Assembly: GCA_041641295.1 (NCBI GenBank)
Contig: JBEPYO010000001.1
Coordinates: forward strand, 864,001 to 928,000
Source of the DNA: Nitrososphaerota archaeon
GTDB taxonomy: Archaea; Thermoproteota; Nitrososphaeria_A; Caldarchaeales; Calditenuaceae
Direction of reading: 5' to 3'
DNA: 64,000 nt
Within the stretch, counting starts at the first letter, position 1. Every line of letters starts with the position of its first letter. The position numbers and the translations under genes are program-made. The notes under the pieces are model-generated. The model did not search any database. It had not been told where the DNA came from and was given only the letters and a program-made list of their open reading frames with translations. This document shows, piece by piece, positions 35,530 to 45,362 of the stretch.

Positions 35530-36198
35530 ATGAAGTTATCAACAGCCTCAAGCCTGCTCGTAGCCTTATTACTCCTATTCGCCCTCACTACAGCATCTGT
35601 CCAAGCCGCAACATCTAGCATAGACCTGATAGGCAGGTGGAGCACCCCCAAAGCGCTCACTTTCAAAATTGTGGCGAAGGGTGGTGTACCACAGTCAACC
35701 ATCGATGCAGCAGTAAATGTCATAACTAGCACGCTAAGCGGATACCAGCAAGTAGGTGATGGGAGATTCGGCTATTTGGGTGTGAAAGGTGCTTTGGATG
35801 CAGTCGGTGGTGGCATTTCAGTAGGTGATATTGTTACAGGCAAAACACAAGCCGACATCATCGTGGAGCTCAAAAACGGCGCTGGCTCTGTCTTGGGTCA
35901 AGCCTTCCTAAAAAGGGATAGGGTCAACTCCTTCGTAATAGTGGGCTGCACAGTGAGGATGAGTGGAAACTTGGTTTTCGGCAGCCCGCAAGAGGTTGAT
36001 TTCTTCAAAACAGTCCTAAGACATGAGCTGATACACTGCCTAGGCCTCGGCCACGCGAATGATTCCAATGACCTCATGTACGGAACCCTCAACGCCTATC
36101 CTAAGCTCATCTCAGAATGCTTGGATGTGGAAGCTCTGAAGGCGCTTTATGTCGGCGGAGTAAGTTCCCCCCAGACGATAAATTCTAGCTGTCCGTAG
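35530..36198 (+). CDS. Secreted matrixin-like zinc metalloprotease
   Basis: Signal peptide, HELIHCLGLGH, Met-turn DLMY. Confidence 0.85.
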   Translation: MKLSTASSLLVALLLLFALTTASVQAATSSIDLIGRWSTPKALTFKIVAKGGVPQSTIDAAVNVITSTLSGYQQVGDGRFGYLGVKGALDAVGGGISVGDIVTGKTQADIIVELKNGAGSVLGQAFLKRDRVNSFVIVGCTVRMSGNLVFGSPQEVDFFKTVLRHELIHCLGLGHANDSNDLMYGTLNAYPKLISECLDVEALKALYVGGVSSPQTINSSCP

Positions 36199-36299
36199 GT
36201 ATCGGCTCGCTTAGCCCTGTCTCCATATTAATGATGTTTGAGCAACCCATTTTTAGGTACCCTAGTGTAGTTTAATACAATAACTGACATCATAATACC

Positions 36300-36725
36300 A
36301 TGACTGACAATATATCAGCTAGTGAAATGGAAAGAGCTGTACGTAAAGTGAAAGATTCGTTCAACCGTGGCGACCTGAGTGTGATAGATGAAATCTATGA
36401 CAAGGAGTTTGTCTATCATGGTAGTGGTGAGACGGCTCATTTGACGAGAGATGGGTGGACACAATTTGTCCGTGGAATGTTGACAGCTTTTCCAGACATG
36501 CATATACAACTGGATGAGTTCTTCACCTCGGGTGATAGGCTATGCTATCGTATAACAATATCTGGAACACATAAAGGTGAGCTGTTAGGGCTGCCTCCTA
36601 CAAACAGGAAGGTATCTATAAGGGCTATTGGCATCATGAAGTTTAGAGATGGGAAGATTATAGAACAGTGGGACGTCGCAGATGATCTGGGGATGCTACG
36701 CCAAGTCGGCGCAATACAAGACTAG
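36300..36725 (+). CDS. SnoaL-like/ester cyclase (NTF2 fold)
   Basis: AFPDMH, GTHKGEL.GLPPT.RKV, DGKIIE.W. Confidence 0.88.
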   Translation: MTDNISASEMERAVRKVKDSFNRGDLSVIDEIYDKEFVYHGSGETAHLTRDGWTQFVRGMLTAFPDMHIQLDEFFTSGDRLCYRITISGTHKGELLGLPPTNRKVSIRAIGIMKFRDGKIIEQWDVADDLGMLRQVGAIQD

Positions 36726-37039
36726 CTCCCACCAATTATTCCGTCCAGCCGAATCTATCTTGACAAGCTATCCGCCGCACAGATCCAAAGAAGGCTGCTG
36801 AGAGAACCTACCAGCTGGCCCTGACAGTAGCGGAGACAGAATAATTCGCCCCACGCGGCGATATACAGTCGAGATAGAAGGTTTTACGACATGTAAATAC
36901 TCTTGGAAGATTTGTGGCTCCTCAAACACCAGCTATCGACATAAAACCCTACAAGCCCTGCTATCCCCCCGCCAGCCAGCAGGTCCGAGTTATCCAAAAA
37001 TACCCCCAACCCCCACCAATCTACGCGGGAGACAGGGAC

Positions 37040-37114
37040 GCTCCGGTAGTATAGCCCGGTCAAGTATGCGGGCCTCTCGAGCCCGAGACCCGGGTTCAAA
37101 TCCCGGCCGGAGCA
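37040..37114 (+). tRNA. tRNA-Glu(CTC)
   Basis: GCTCCGG/CCGGAGC-A acceptor stem, CGGGC-CT-CTC-GA-GCCCG, CCGGG-TTCAAAT-CCCGG. Confidence 0.96.
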
Positions 37115-37204
37115 TACCTCCTGATTCTCATCGTTTGGCGATTTTTGCATTGCTTACGGTCTATTGGACAATACTTAACTAGGAGGCTGTAGCTTGGTTG
37201 GGAT

Positions 37205-38086
37205 ATGTGTAGGATGGTTGCGCTGAGTTTTCGCAGCGAGGCATCCGGGATTGCACTGGATGTTCTCGGACATCTCGTGGAGGCTTCGCGGAGCGATCCT
37301 TATCTACGGGAGATTGCCGGTGATGGCAGGCACTGTCACGGCTACGGATACGTTGCTGCTCTCAGGAGGAGGGGCCTCTGGAGAGTTGTGTATGAGAGGT
37401 TTGACGCTGAGCCCTCCCTGAGCGGCGAGGAGGCATGCGAAGCTAACCTCGAGGCGCTAGGCGACTGTGTTAAGCGGCTCTCACACATGATTGGCAACGT
37501 GGAGGAGGCGATGGTGATGGTTCACTCTAGGAGGACGCGGGGCGAGCCACGTGGAGTGCCGGCAGCACACCCCTTCAGAGAGGAGCTAATAATAACGGCT
37601 GAGGGAGGCCCCGAACTAGCCGAGCTCTACCTCTCACACAACGGAGGCGTCAAGAAGGAAGTTCTGGCAGCACACCTAGGCATCGAAAACTACAGGCTCT
37701 ACACAGACTCACACCTCTATCTCAAATACTTGGCAAAACACCTCGAGGGCGCCAGATACGAGGAGACACCTCAACTAATCGCCCGGATAGTCTCAGAGTC
37801 CAAACCACTCACAAAATCCGCACTAGACCTCTGCATACTACTATACTCGCCAACCAAAGGCCCCATGCTTGCCGCAGCATCATACGTTGCAGAGAAGAAT
37901 GACGAAAAACGCTGGCGATACTACGAGCCCGTACTCATAGAGTCCAAGGGCATCACAGGATATGTCTCAAGCACAGTAAGAGACCTAATGAGAGACAGAG
38001 AGCCCGCGACGAGGTTCATGGATGGCAGAGACGGCTTCGTCGCCGTCCTGAACCCAAACATGTTGCAGATAATAGATTTGCAGTAG
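37205..38086 (+). CDS. Class II glutamine amidotransferase-like Ntn hydrolase
   Basis: MCRM N-terminal Cys, HGYG, HSR, HPF, SHNG, TDS. Confidence 0.82.
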   Translation: MCRMVALSFRSEASGIALDVLGHLVEASRSDPYLREIAGDGRHCHGYGYVAALRRRGLWRVVYERFDAEPSLSGEEACEANLEALGDCVKRLSHMIGNVEEAMVMVHSRRTRGEPRGVPAAHPFREELIITAEGGPELAELYLSHNGGVKKEVLAAHLGIENYRLYTDSHLYLKYLAKHLEGARYEETPQLIARIVSESKPLTKSALDLCILLYSPTKGPMLAAASYVAEKNDEKRWRYYEPVLIESKGITGYVSSTVRDLMRDREPATRFMDGRDGFVAVLNPNMLQIIDLQ

Positions 38087-38152
38087 GCATTTTTGGGTTT
38101 TGTGTGGGGGAATATTTAGGTAGCGGCTATTTTGTTGGCTTGGTAAAGGCGG

Positions 38153-39280
38153 GTGGTGTTGTCGAGGGGTCTTCGCGTTGTTTTGATGTTGGGTGTCGTA
38201 AGCCTTCTCGGCGATTTTGTCTATGAGGGTGGGCGGTCTGTATTGCCCGATTATATGAGGCAGCTGGGGATGAGTGCCCTCTTGGTTGGGAGCGTTTTGG
38301 GGTTTGCCGAGCTTGCGGGCTGGCTGGCAAGGCCGCTGGGAGGCCTAGTCGCCGATAGGACGGGGAGGTTCAGCGCCATAGTCAGGGTGGGGTATGCGGG
38401 TGTGATCGTTGTGCCATTGATGGCATTCGCCCGCGACTGGCTGGTACTCGCGCTCTTAGTCTTTGCTGAGCGCATGCTTCGGGGATTGAGGGTGCCTGCG
38501 AGGGATGCTATGCTGGCTAGGATGAGGGGGAGTGTGGGTCTTGGGACTGCGTTCGGGCTTCACGAGCTCCTCGACCAGTTTGGCGCCACTGCGGGGCCGC
38601 TGCTCGCGGCGTTAGTTCTAGTCCTCTACAGGGATACGGGGCTCGCCCTCCTATCCCTGCTCATCCCATACCTCTTCCTGCTAATCGCCCTTCTAAGAGT
38701 CCCAGAATATTCTGAGCCGCCCCAAAAGCTGTCCCACGCTAAGCCGACCAGGCAGGTATACCTCTTCTCACTTGTTGTGGGGCTGAACGCGGCAGGCCTC
38801 CTCCCCCTACCCATAATCCTGTACCTCGTCTCGCTCAGCGTGGATCAGGGCTCTTGGCTGGTCCCATTAACCTATACCCTCGCAATGATTGTTGACGCCG
38901 TCGCGGCAATGGTGCTGGGAAGAATCTTTGACAGGGCTGGACCCCGGGTCTTGGCCTCCATACTGGTCCTTGCCGTGACACCATGCCTTTTTGTCGGGGG
39001 GAGGATTGACCTTCTGCTGCTGGCTGCGGGGCTGGTTGGGGTTGTAGTCGGAGCGCAGGAGTCGGTCTTCAGGGCGATGGTGGCGCGCCTCGCGGTAGCG
39101 GGCGGTATAGGCGGCTCCTACGCGGTCTACGGCCTCGCAATAGGCGCGGGGAGCGCCGCAGCAGGCTTCACGTATGGATTGATGGTGGACTTGGGCCTCG
39201 GCCTCCCCTACCTCCTCGCATATTCCATAGCCGCAGAGGCCCTAGCACTCATAATATTCGCCAAGGCGATAAGCTCGTAA
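38153..39280 (+). CDS. MFS transporter
   Basis: GLVADRTGR and GRIFDRAG motifs, ~12 TM. Confidence 0.9.
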   Translation: MVLSRGLRVVLMLGVVSLLGDFVYEGGRSVLPDYMRQLGMSALLVGSVLGFAELAGWLARPLGGLVADRTGRFSAIVRVGYAGVIVVPLMAFARDWLVLALLVFAERMLRGLRVPARDAMLARMRGSVGLGTAFGLHELLDQFGATAGPLLAALVLVLYRDTGLALLSLLIPYLFLLIALLRVPEYSEPPQKLSHAKPTRQVYLFSLVVGLNAAGLLPLPIILYLVSLSVDQGSWLVPLTYTLAMIVDAVAAMVLGRIFDRAGPRVLASILVLAVTPCLFVGGRIDLLLLAAGLVGVVVGAQESVFRAMVARLAVAGGIGGSYAVYGLAIGAGSAAAGFTYGLMVDLGLGLPYLLAYSIAAEALALIIFAKAISS

Positions 39281-39284
39281 TCTC

Positions 39285-39357
39285 TGGGGCCGGCCGGATT
39301 CGAACCGGCGACCTCCGCCGTGTAAGGGCGGCGTCATGGCCGCTAGACCACGGCCCC
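39285..39357 (-). tRNA. tRNA-Val(TAC)
   Basis: GGGGCCG acceptor, CCGCC-CT-TAC-AC-GGCGG, GCCGG-TTCGAAT-CCGGC. Confidence 0.96.
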
Positions 39358-39383
39358 TATCTATGCCAGTCTCCCGCGGCGAA

Positions 39384-39944
39384 TTAATTAATCTCTTCTC
39401 GAGGGTCTTCCTTCTTTCTCAGTTTTCCGAGCCTGCTTGGCTTTATGGTGATTTTTGCGTCTGGGTAGATTATGGTTAGTTCCTTTCCTTGGTGTATCCG
39501 GTCTAGGGCTATTGCGAGGGCGGCTATCTCGCTGTGTGGCTGGTTAGTGACTGCGACGTTGATGTCTGCGAGCTCGTAGACCTCGATGGGCACCTTGGAG
39601 GAGCCGACAACCAGTACGATGCCCCGAGTGGCGTAGGCCTCTCGAAGCTCCTCTTCCACATCCTGGATGCCGATTCCGTACATTGTGAGGTGGGCTATGT
39701 ATTCGCCCTGAGCCTTCCTCTCTGCTAGGAATTTTCTCCAGTCTGGTGTGTAGCTGGCCTTGAAGCCTCCTCCCCACCTCTCGACGACCTTGGATATGCT
39801 CTCTAGGAGTGCGGGGTCATGTTCTCCGGCGAATACTACCTCGTCAGCCCCCAGTGCCCTTGCTGTGAGGGCGACATGGCTCGAGACCCTCTGGTCCCTC
39901 ACAATTCTATGACCCAGCCTTAGGACTGTTATCCTCCGGGCCAA
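39384..39944 (-). CDS. trm56: tRNA (cytidine56-2'-O)-methyltransferase
   Basis: LRLGHR..RDQRVSSHVALTARALGA, HLTMYG, NQPHSEIAALA. Confidence 0.93.
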   Translation of the reverse strand: MARRITVLRLGHRIVRDQRVSSHVALTARALGADEVVFAGEHDPALLESISKVVERWGGGFKASYTPDWRKFLAERKAQGEYIAHLTMYGIGIQDVEEELREAYATRGIVLVVGSSKVPIEVYELADINVAVTNQPHSEIAALAIALDRIHQGKELTIIYPDAKITIKPSRLGKLRKKEDPREEIN

Positions 39945-39948
39945 CCCG

Positions 39949-40455
39949 TCACTCTAGGAGCTTGTTTATCTCTGCCAGCGTATCGTCGACTGCTTTGAGG
40001 AGTTTGGAGTGGTCGTAGACCATTAATTTGCCTCCGCAGCTTGGGCATTTGAAGAATTTGTCGAGGGCCTCGTCGAAGGTGTATTTTCTGCATCCTTCGC
40101 TTCCGCACCAGTAGAGCTGGTTGGACTCGTAGTGTTTCTTCAGAATCTGGAGCCTCTCTGCAATCCTCTTTAACTGTGTTTTTACAACCCCTTGGACCTG
40201 CTCCTGCTGAAGCCTCCAGCGGAAGACCCTCTTGTTCAACTCCTTGTCAACTACTATGTCGTAGGCGACGAGTGAGAACTCGCTGAGCTGGTGTAGGAGC
40301 TTTCTAACCCTCTTCACGTCCATCTGCAGCGCTGCTGCAAGCTCATCCTCCCTCATCCCAGGCTTCGCCAAGAGTAGTTTGGCTAGCTCCTCCGCCTCCA
40401 CACCACCTATAAGCCTGAAGACTGATAACAGCCCCTCCGTATCGATGTAAAACAT
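39949..40455 (-). CDS. tfe: Transcription factor E alpha
   Basis: wHTH (EDELA...VRKLL) and zinc ribbon C....C...FDEA....FKCPSCG; adjacent to trm56. Confidence 0.9.
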   Translation of the reverse strand: MFYIDTEGLLSVFRLIGGVEAEELAKLLLAKPGMREDELAAALQMDVKRVRKLLHQLSEFSLVAYDIVVDKELNKRVFRWRLQQEQVQGVVKTQLKRIAERLQILKKHYESNQLYWCGSEGCRKYTFDEALDKFFKCPSCGGKLMVYDHSKLLKAVDDTLAEINKLLE

Positions 40456-40539
40456 TCGATGCCTCCTGTATACAGAAGGCGACGGCCTGAATTATATCTA
40501 TCTCTGACAACCTAATCAAGGTTAGGTGTTGTAGGGGAG

Positions 40540-41478
40540 TTGGCTGGTATATTGGCGGCGGAGGCGAGGAGTGTGCGATACTCTGTGGGCGGGGCGGAGA
40601 TTCTCGTCGATGTAAGCCTAATGGTGTTTAAGGGTGAGGTTACGGCGCTTCTCGGGGGCTCGGAGGGTGAGGCGCTGCTGGGCCTATGGGCTGGGATTTG
40701 GCAGCCTGTAGGCGGAGGTGTCATGGCTCTGGGCCTCGACCCGTACCGAGCGGTGGGAGAAGTTGCCCGGCGGATAGGCTATCTGCCCCCCGAGCCTTGG
40801 CTGCCGCCGGAGCTGAAGCCTGAGGTAGTAGCTGGGCTCGTTGGAAGGGGTCGTGGATTGGTTCCCCGCGAGGCTGTGGAGCGTCTGAGGAATCTTCTCA
40901 AGCGTCTGGGGAAGGAGGGTGTGATGGGGCGTAGGATTGGGCGGCTCACTGCAGAGGAGAGGCAGGCCGTGGCGGTGGCCCTAACTATGCTCCACGACCC
41001 TGAACTACTGCTCCTCTCAAACCCGTTGAGGATGCTGGGGCCCCTTGCGAGGCTTGAACTCGCATCACTTTTGAGGGAGTATGTAGAGCCGGGGCGGGCT
41101 GCTGTCTTGACTGTGGATTCTGTGGAGGAGGCTGGCTTCGCGGATAGGCTTGTTGTCTTCCGGGAGGGGAGGATAGCTGCTGCCGGGCCTCTTGACGAGC
41201 TCTCCAAGACGATAGGCGCTGAGAACTACCTGGTTATCCAAGCCATAAACACTCAGCGGGCCGTTGACTATCTTGGGAAGATGCCTCAGGTTAAGAGGTT
41301 CTCCGTCGCTAGGGACGGCTCGATAAAGGTGTGGCTGCGAGAGTTTGAATCCGACCTGCCCCTGGTACTAGACCTCCTGCTTTCACTAGGGCTGGGCGTG
41401 AAGCTAGTTGATGTGAGGAGGGTTGAGTATCACGTTGCCCTCCTCAACTATCTCCGGAGGGGGGCTGGAGGTAGGTGA
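40540..41478 (+). CDS. ABC-transporter ATP-binding-like protein with degenerate catalytic motifs
   Basis: ABC fold pattern recognisable, but Walker A, signature, Walker B and H-switch all substituted. Confidence 0.75.
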   Translation: MAGILAAEARSVRYSVGGAEILVDVSLMVFKGEVTALLGGSEGEALLGLWAGIWQPVGGGVMALGLDPYRAVGEVARRIGYLPPEPWLPPELKPEVVAGLVGRGRGLVPREAVERLRNLLKRLGKEGVMGRRIGRLTAEERQAVAVALTMLHDPELLLLSNPLRMLGPLARLELASLLREYVEPGRAAVLTVDSVEEAGFADRLVVFREGRIAAAGPLDELSKTIGAENYLVIQAINTQRAVDYLGKMPQVKRFSVARDGSIKVWLREFESDLPLVLDLLLSLGLGVKLVDVRRVEYHVALLNYLRRGAGGR

Positions 41479-42161
41479 GCCGGCATCTATTATTAGAGCT
41501 TAGACTTCTCCTCGCCTCACCACTCAGAATATCTGTGCCCCTAATCGCCCCGCTGGCACCGCTCCTACTCAGATATGCGGGGCTGCTGGGCCTAGACCTT
41601 GTCGAGCCCCTATTCCTCCTGATGTACCAGTTTCTGGCGATGGCTTATCTTCCATGGATGTTGGGGCTGCTCAGGGGAGGTTGGAGGCTGGTCTGGCTGC
41701 TGGGGCCGCCGGGCTCCGCCTTATCCCTCACCCCTTCATACTTGGGGTTCTTCGCACTGACATCAGCCCTGCCGCTGGCGCCCTACAGGCTCCTACACCA
41801 TCTACCCGCCTCCACACCGTTTGATAGCCTTGCAGCATCGCTAACCATCTTCACACTATCAGTAGGAATGCTTCACCAGTCCCTCGCAGCACTGCTCCTC
41901 TCTAGGTCGCGAGACATGACAATTGGATGGGCGGCCGTTCTCACATACCAGTCCCTACTCATAGTCCTCGCCGCATCCCTACTCTCCCAGGGCTGGTCTG
42001 ACGCCTACGCCGCCGCGGCGTTCCTCTTCCCAGTCCTCCTAGCCGTGAAGCCCCAAGCCTCCTTAGAGATACTCCTCATAGCCGCGGGCCTCTGCCTAAT
42101 CTTCTCAATAATCTTCACGTACTTGACTGTTCGCGGAGCTGTGAGGCCGGCCCCGTCTTGA
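41475..42161 (+). CDS. Multi-TM membrane protein (ABC-2 permease-like)
   Basis: ~6 hydrophobic segments, coupled to the upstream ABC-like gene. Confidence 0.6.
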   Translation: MSRHLLLELRLLLASPLRISVPLIAPLAPLLLRYAGLLGLDLVEPLFLLMYQFLAMAYLPWMLGLLRGGWRLVWLLGPPGSALSLTPSYLGFFALTSALPLAPYRLLHHLPASTPFDSLAASLTIFTLSVGMLHQSLAALLLSRSRDMTIGWAAVLTYQSLLIVLAASLLSQGWSDAYAAAAFLFPVLLAVKPQASLEILLIAAGLCLIFSIIFTYLTVRGAVRPAPS

Positions 42162-42186
42162 AACGAGCCTCAATTTAATAACAGGA

Positions 42187-43095
42187 TTGTTTGCGAGGTA
42201 TAGCGGGTTGGCGATACTCGTCGACCGCAATACGCGGGTCTTGGTTCAGGGGATAACTGGGAGGCAGGGGAGCTTCCACACGGCCGAGATGCTGAAGTAC
42301 GGGACGAGAGTTGTTGCCGGTGTTACGCCCGGTAGAGGCGGGTCTGAGGTGCATGGTGTCCCGGTCTATGACTCGGTGGAAGATGCTGTTAGGGCTCATC
42401 CGGAGATAGACGCGTCCATCATTTTTGTCCCAGCGGCGGCTGCTGTAGATGCGTGCTATGAGGCCATAGAGGCTGGGATACGTCTGATCGTACTGATTAC
42501 GGAGGGGATACCGACCCACTGGACAATGCAGCTTGTCAGATACGCCTCTCTGAGGGGTGTTACGATAATTGGGCCCAACACGCCGGGAGTAATCACACCG
42601 GGGGAGTGTAAGCTGGGAATAATGCCCGGGAGCGTCTTCACGCGCGGCCCAGTCGGGATAGTATCGAGGAGTGGGACCCTAACCTACGAGATAGCCCAGA
42701 ACCTCACTGAGAGGGGGATAGGCCAGAGCACGTGCGTTGGGATAGGTGGAGACGCAGTCGTGGGGACAGGCTTCATAGAGATACTCGACTTGATGGGCAG
42801 GGACCCCCAGACCAAGTGCGTGGTCTTGGTTGGCGAGATAGGTGGGGACGCCGAGGAGAGGGTTGCAGAATACATAGTGAGGGAGAATTATCCTAAGCCG
42901 CTGGTGGCATATGTCGCTGGTAGGACTGCTCCGCCGGGTAAGAGGATGGGGCACGCAGGGGCGATAATCTCGCTGGGCATGGGTGATGCCTTGACCAAGA
43001 TGAAGAGGCTGAGGGAGGCGGGTGCGAGGGTTGCCGAGACGCCGGGCGAGGTTGCAAACCTAGTAGAAGAGGCTCTGAGAACCCCTAAGAGATAG
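42187..43095 (+). CDS. sucD: Succinyl-CoA synthetase alpha subunit
   Basis: VQGITG, GPNTPG, SRSGTLTYE, GEIGG, MGHAGA. Confidence 0.95.
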   Translation: MFARYSGLAILVDRNTRVLVQGITGRQGSFHTAEMLKYGTRVVAGVTPGRGGSEVHGVPVYDSVEDAVRAHPEIDASIIFVPAAAAVDACYEAIEAGIRLIVLITEGIPTHWTMQLVRYASLRGVTIIGPNTPGVITPGECKLGIMPGSVFTRGPVGIVSRSGTLTYEIAQNLTERGIGQSTCVGIGGDAVVGTGFIEILDLMGRDPQTKCVVLVGEIGGDAEERVAEYIVRENYPKPLVAYVAGRTAPPGKRMGHAGAIISLGMGDALTKMKRLREAGARVAETPGEVANLVEEALRTPKR

Positions 43096-43096
43096 G

Positions 43097-44254
43097 CTAT
43101 CTCGAGAAGCTCTCCTCAACTATACCCTCAACATAGCTGTAGTCGAGGCCCATCCCATACTCGTTAAGCGCGCCGCACAGCGCCTTGAGCGTGGCCTTAA
43201 CCCTCTCAGGAGTCACTTGCCCCATGCTCCCGATCCTGATCATCCTGCCCTTCTCCTTGGAGACGCCGACGCCCACGTGAACCCCATACTTCTCGGCCAT
43301 GATTTTTGCGACATCGGTGTCGCGGATGTGTTGGGGTAGTTGGATGGCTATGAGTGTTGGAGACCTGAACTGTGGCTGGGGGTATATCTCGAGCCCCAGC
43401 TCGCCTAGCGATCTGTAAAAGGCCTCTGCCCCCCTCCTATGCCTATCAATCCACTCGTCTAGGCCGGTCTCAAAAATCTTGTCCAGTGAGGCGTCGAGGC
43501 CGTAGAAGAGCGTTATGGCGGGGGTGTAGGGCGTCTCTCGGCGGGACATAAACTCTCTGTGAAGGACTAGGTCGAAGTAGGCGGGCCTCCTCTTGAGCGA
43601 CTCAATCTTCTCCCAAGCCCTCTGGGAGACGGCGACGATGGCGAGGCCAGGCGGCCCGGCAAGACACTTCTGAGTCCCAGCAACCAGAACATCTATGCCC
43701 GCGCCGTCAAAGCTGAACGGCACCCCTCCCAGAGAGGTGACAGCATCCACTACGAGCAACGCCCCGGCACGCCTGCAGGCGCCCGCAATCTCTTCAATGT
43801 TGGGGGCCAAGGCCCCTGTGGAGGTCTCGTTATGGACCAGCAGGACCACATCGACGTCGCTATTCTCCTCAAGCCCCCTCTTCACGTCCTCCACCGTCGG
43901 CGCCCTGTTCCATGGAACCTCTATAATGGTTGTATTCGCCGAGTAGTATCTCGCCGCCGCGGCCATCCGCTCGCCGAACTGGCCGCCCACAAAGGCTAAG
44001 ACCTTGTCGCCGCTCTCTATTGTGTTGGAGACAGCTGCCTCTACTCCGCCGGTTGCGGAGCAGGTGAGTAGGAAGACATCCTGTCTCGTCCCAACCACCT
44101 TCTTGAGCTTCTCTATGAGCTGGGCGTGAAACTCCTTAAACTCCTCTCCCCTGTGGTTTATCAGCCGCCCACCCATGGCCCTGTAGGACTCCTCAGGAAT
44201 ATCGGTCGGGCCTGGAAGCATCAGGATGTCGCGCCAGCTTCTACGCAGCTCCAC
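43097..44254 (-). CDS. Class V PLP aminotransferase (serine-pyruvate/alanine-glyoxylate type)
   Basis: MLPGPT, HNETSTG, VDAVTS, GTQKCLAGPPG, RIGSMG. Confidence 0.92.
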   Translation of the reverse strand: MELRRSWRDILMLPGPTDIPEESYRAMGGRLINHRGEEFKEFHAQLIEKLKKVVGTRQDVFLLTCSATGGVEAAVSNTIESGDKVLAFVGGQFGERMAAAARYYSANTTIIEVPWNRAPTVEDVKRGLEENSDVDVVLLVHNETSTGALAPNIEEIAGACRRAGALLVVDAVTSLGGVPFSFDGAGIDVLVAGTQKCLAGPPGLAIVAVSQRAWEKIESLKRRPAYFDLVLHREFMSRRETPYTPAITLFYGLDASLDKIFETGLDEWIDRHRRGAEAFYRSLGELGLEIYPQPQFRSPTLIAIQLPQHIRDTDVAKIMAEKYGVHVGVGVSKEKGRMIRIGSMGQVTPERVKATLKALCGALNEYGMGLDYSYVEGIVEESFSR

Positions 44255-44353
44255 TTCCCCACTCCTGCAACGAATCCATTAATAAACCATCATCAAGCCC
44301 AGGTTAATAATAAAAGTAGGAGCATCTCGGCTCGATAGTGGTCGGAGAGTGGT

Positions 44354-45280
44354 GTGGAGAGGGTACTCGTCGCATGCCCCTTCAGCGAGAGGCTTTTAGA
44401 CGCTCTACGCGGGGCTGGGGTTGAGGTTGATTACAGGCCTAAGGCTTCGCAGGAGGAGCTCGACGAGCTGTACACAGGGTACGACGGCCTAGTAGTCAGG
44501 GGGAATCTCCGGGTTAGGCCGGTCAAGGGTCGGGGGCGGCTCAAGGTCATAGTCAGGGCGGGCGCGGGCGTCGATAACATAGCAGTGGAGGAGTTCGCGG
44601 GGCTGGGCGTCAAGGTCTTCAACACTCCTGACGCTGTTGCCGAGTCTGTCGGAGAGCTGGTCATAGGCCTCATGATAAGCCTCTCCCGCGGAATAGTGAG
44701 GGCTGCATCAGCACTCTCCAGAGGCGAGTGGTTGAAGCAGGGTCTCATGGGCCAAGAGCTCGCTGGCAAGACACTAGGCATCATCGGGCTGGGCAGGATA
44801 GGGCGAGTAGTGGCGCGGATAGCCCACGCCATGGGGATGAGAATACTAGTCTATGACGTGGTAAAGTTTGAGCCAGAGACCCTCGCACAATACAAGGCTG
44901 AGCAAGTAGATCTTGAGAAGCTGCTGTCAGAGTCAGACTATATCACAATACACGCGCCGCTCACGGAGGGGACGAGAGATATGATAGGTGAGAGGGAGCT
45001 CAGGATGATGAAGAAGACCGCGTATCTAATCAACACTGCCAGAGGGCAGATCGTTGACCAAGAGGCCTTGAAGCGCGCCTTGAAGGAGGGGTGGATTGCG
45101 GGGGCCGCCCTAGACGTCTTCGCCGAGGAGCCGCCGCGGGACTTAGAGCTTCTGAGCCTCCCAAACCTAATCCCCACACCGCACATAGGGGCTCAGACCA
45201 AGGAGGCGCAGGAGAAGGCCGCTCTCGAGGCCGTGCACATACTGCTGAGGGAGCTTAAGGGGGTACGGGCCGGACCATAG
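44354..45280 (+). CDS. serA: D-3-phosphoglycerate/D-2-hydroxyacid dehydrogenase
   Basis: RAGAGVDNI, GIIGLGRIG, NTARG, LDVFAEEP, TPHIGA. Confidence 0.85.
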   Translation: MERVLVACPFSERLLDALRGAGVEVDYRPKASQEELDELYTGYDGLVVRGNLRVRPVKGRGRLKVIVRAGAGVDNIAVEEFAGLGVKVFNTPDAVAESVGELVIGLMISLSRGIVRAASALSRGEWLKQGLMGQELAGKTLGIIGLGRIGRVVARIAHAMGMRILVYDVVKFEPETLAQYKAEQVDLEKLLSESDYITIHAPLTEGTRDMIGERELRMMKKTAYLINTARGQIVDQEALKRALKEGWIAGAALDVFAEEPPRDLELLSLPNLIPTPHIGAQTKEAQEKAALEAVHILLRELKGVRAGP

Positions 45281-45362
45281 GGGCCCGCCTTTGCGGAATT
45301 TGAATGGTATGTAGCGGATACTCGGCTATTGGCTTAAATATGATACGCGCTCCAGTAGAATC

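Noticed and set aside
36884-37150. 88-aa ORF on the minus strand
   Set aside because: Antisense shadow of tRNA-Glu.
21840-39316. 17.4 kb integrated element bounded by tRNA-Val and its duplicated 3' end
   Set aside because: The interval holds oriC, cdc6, dp1, three tRNAs and metabolic genes and no integrase. The repeat also has a mismatch and may derive from another tRNA.
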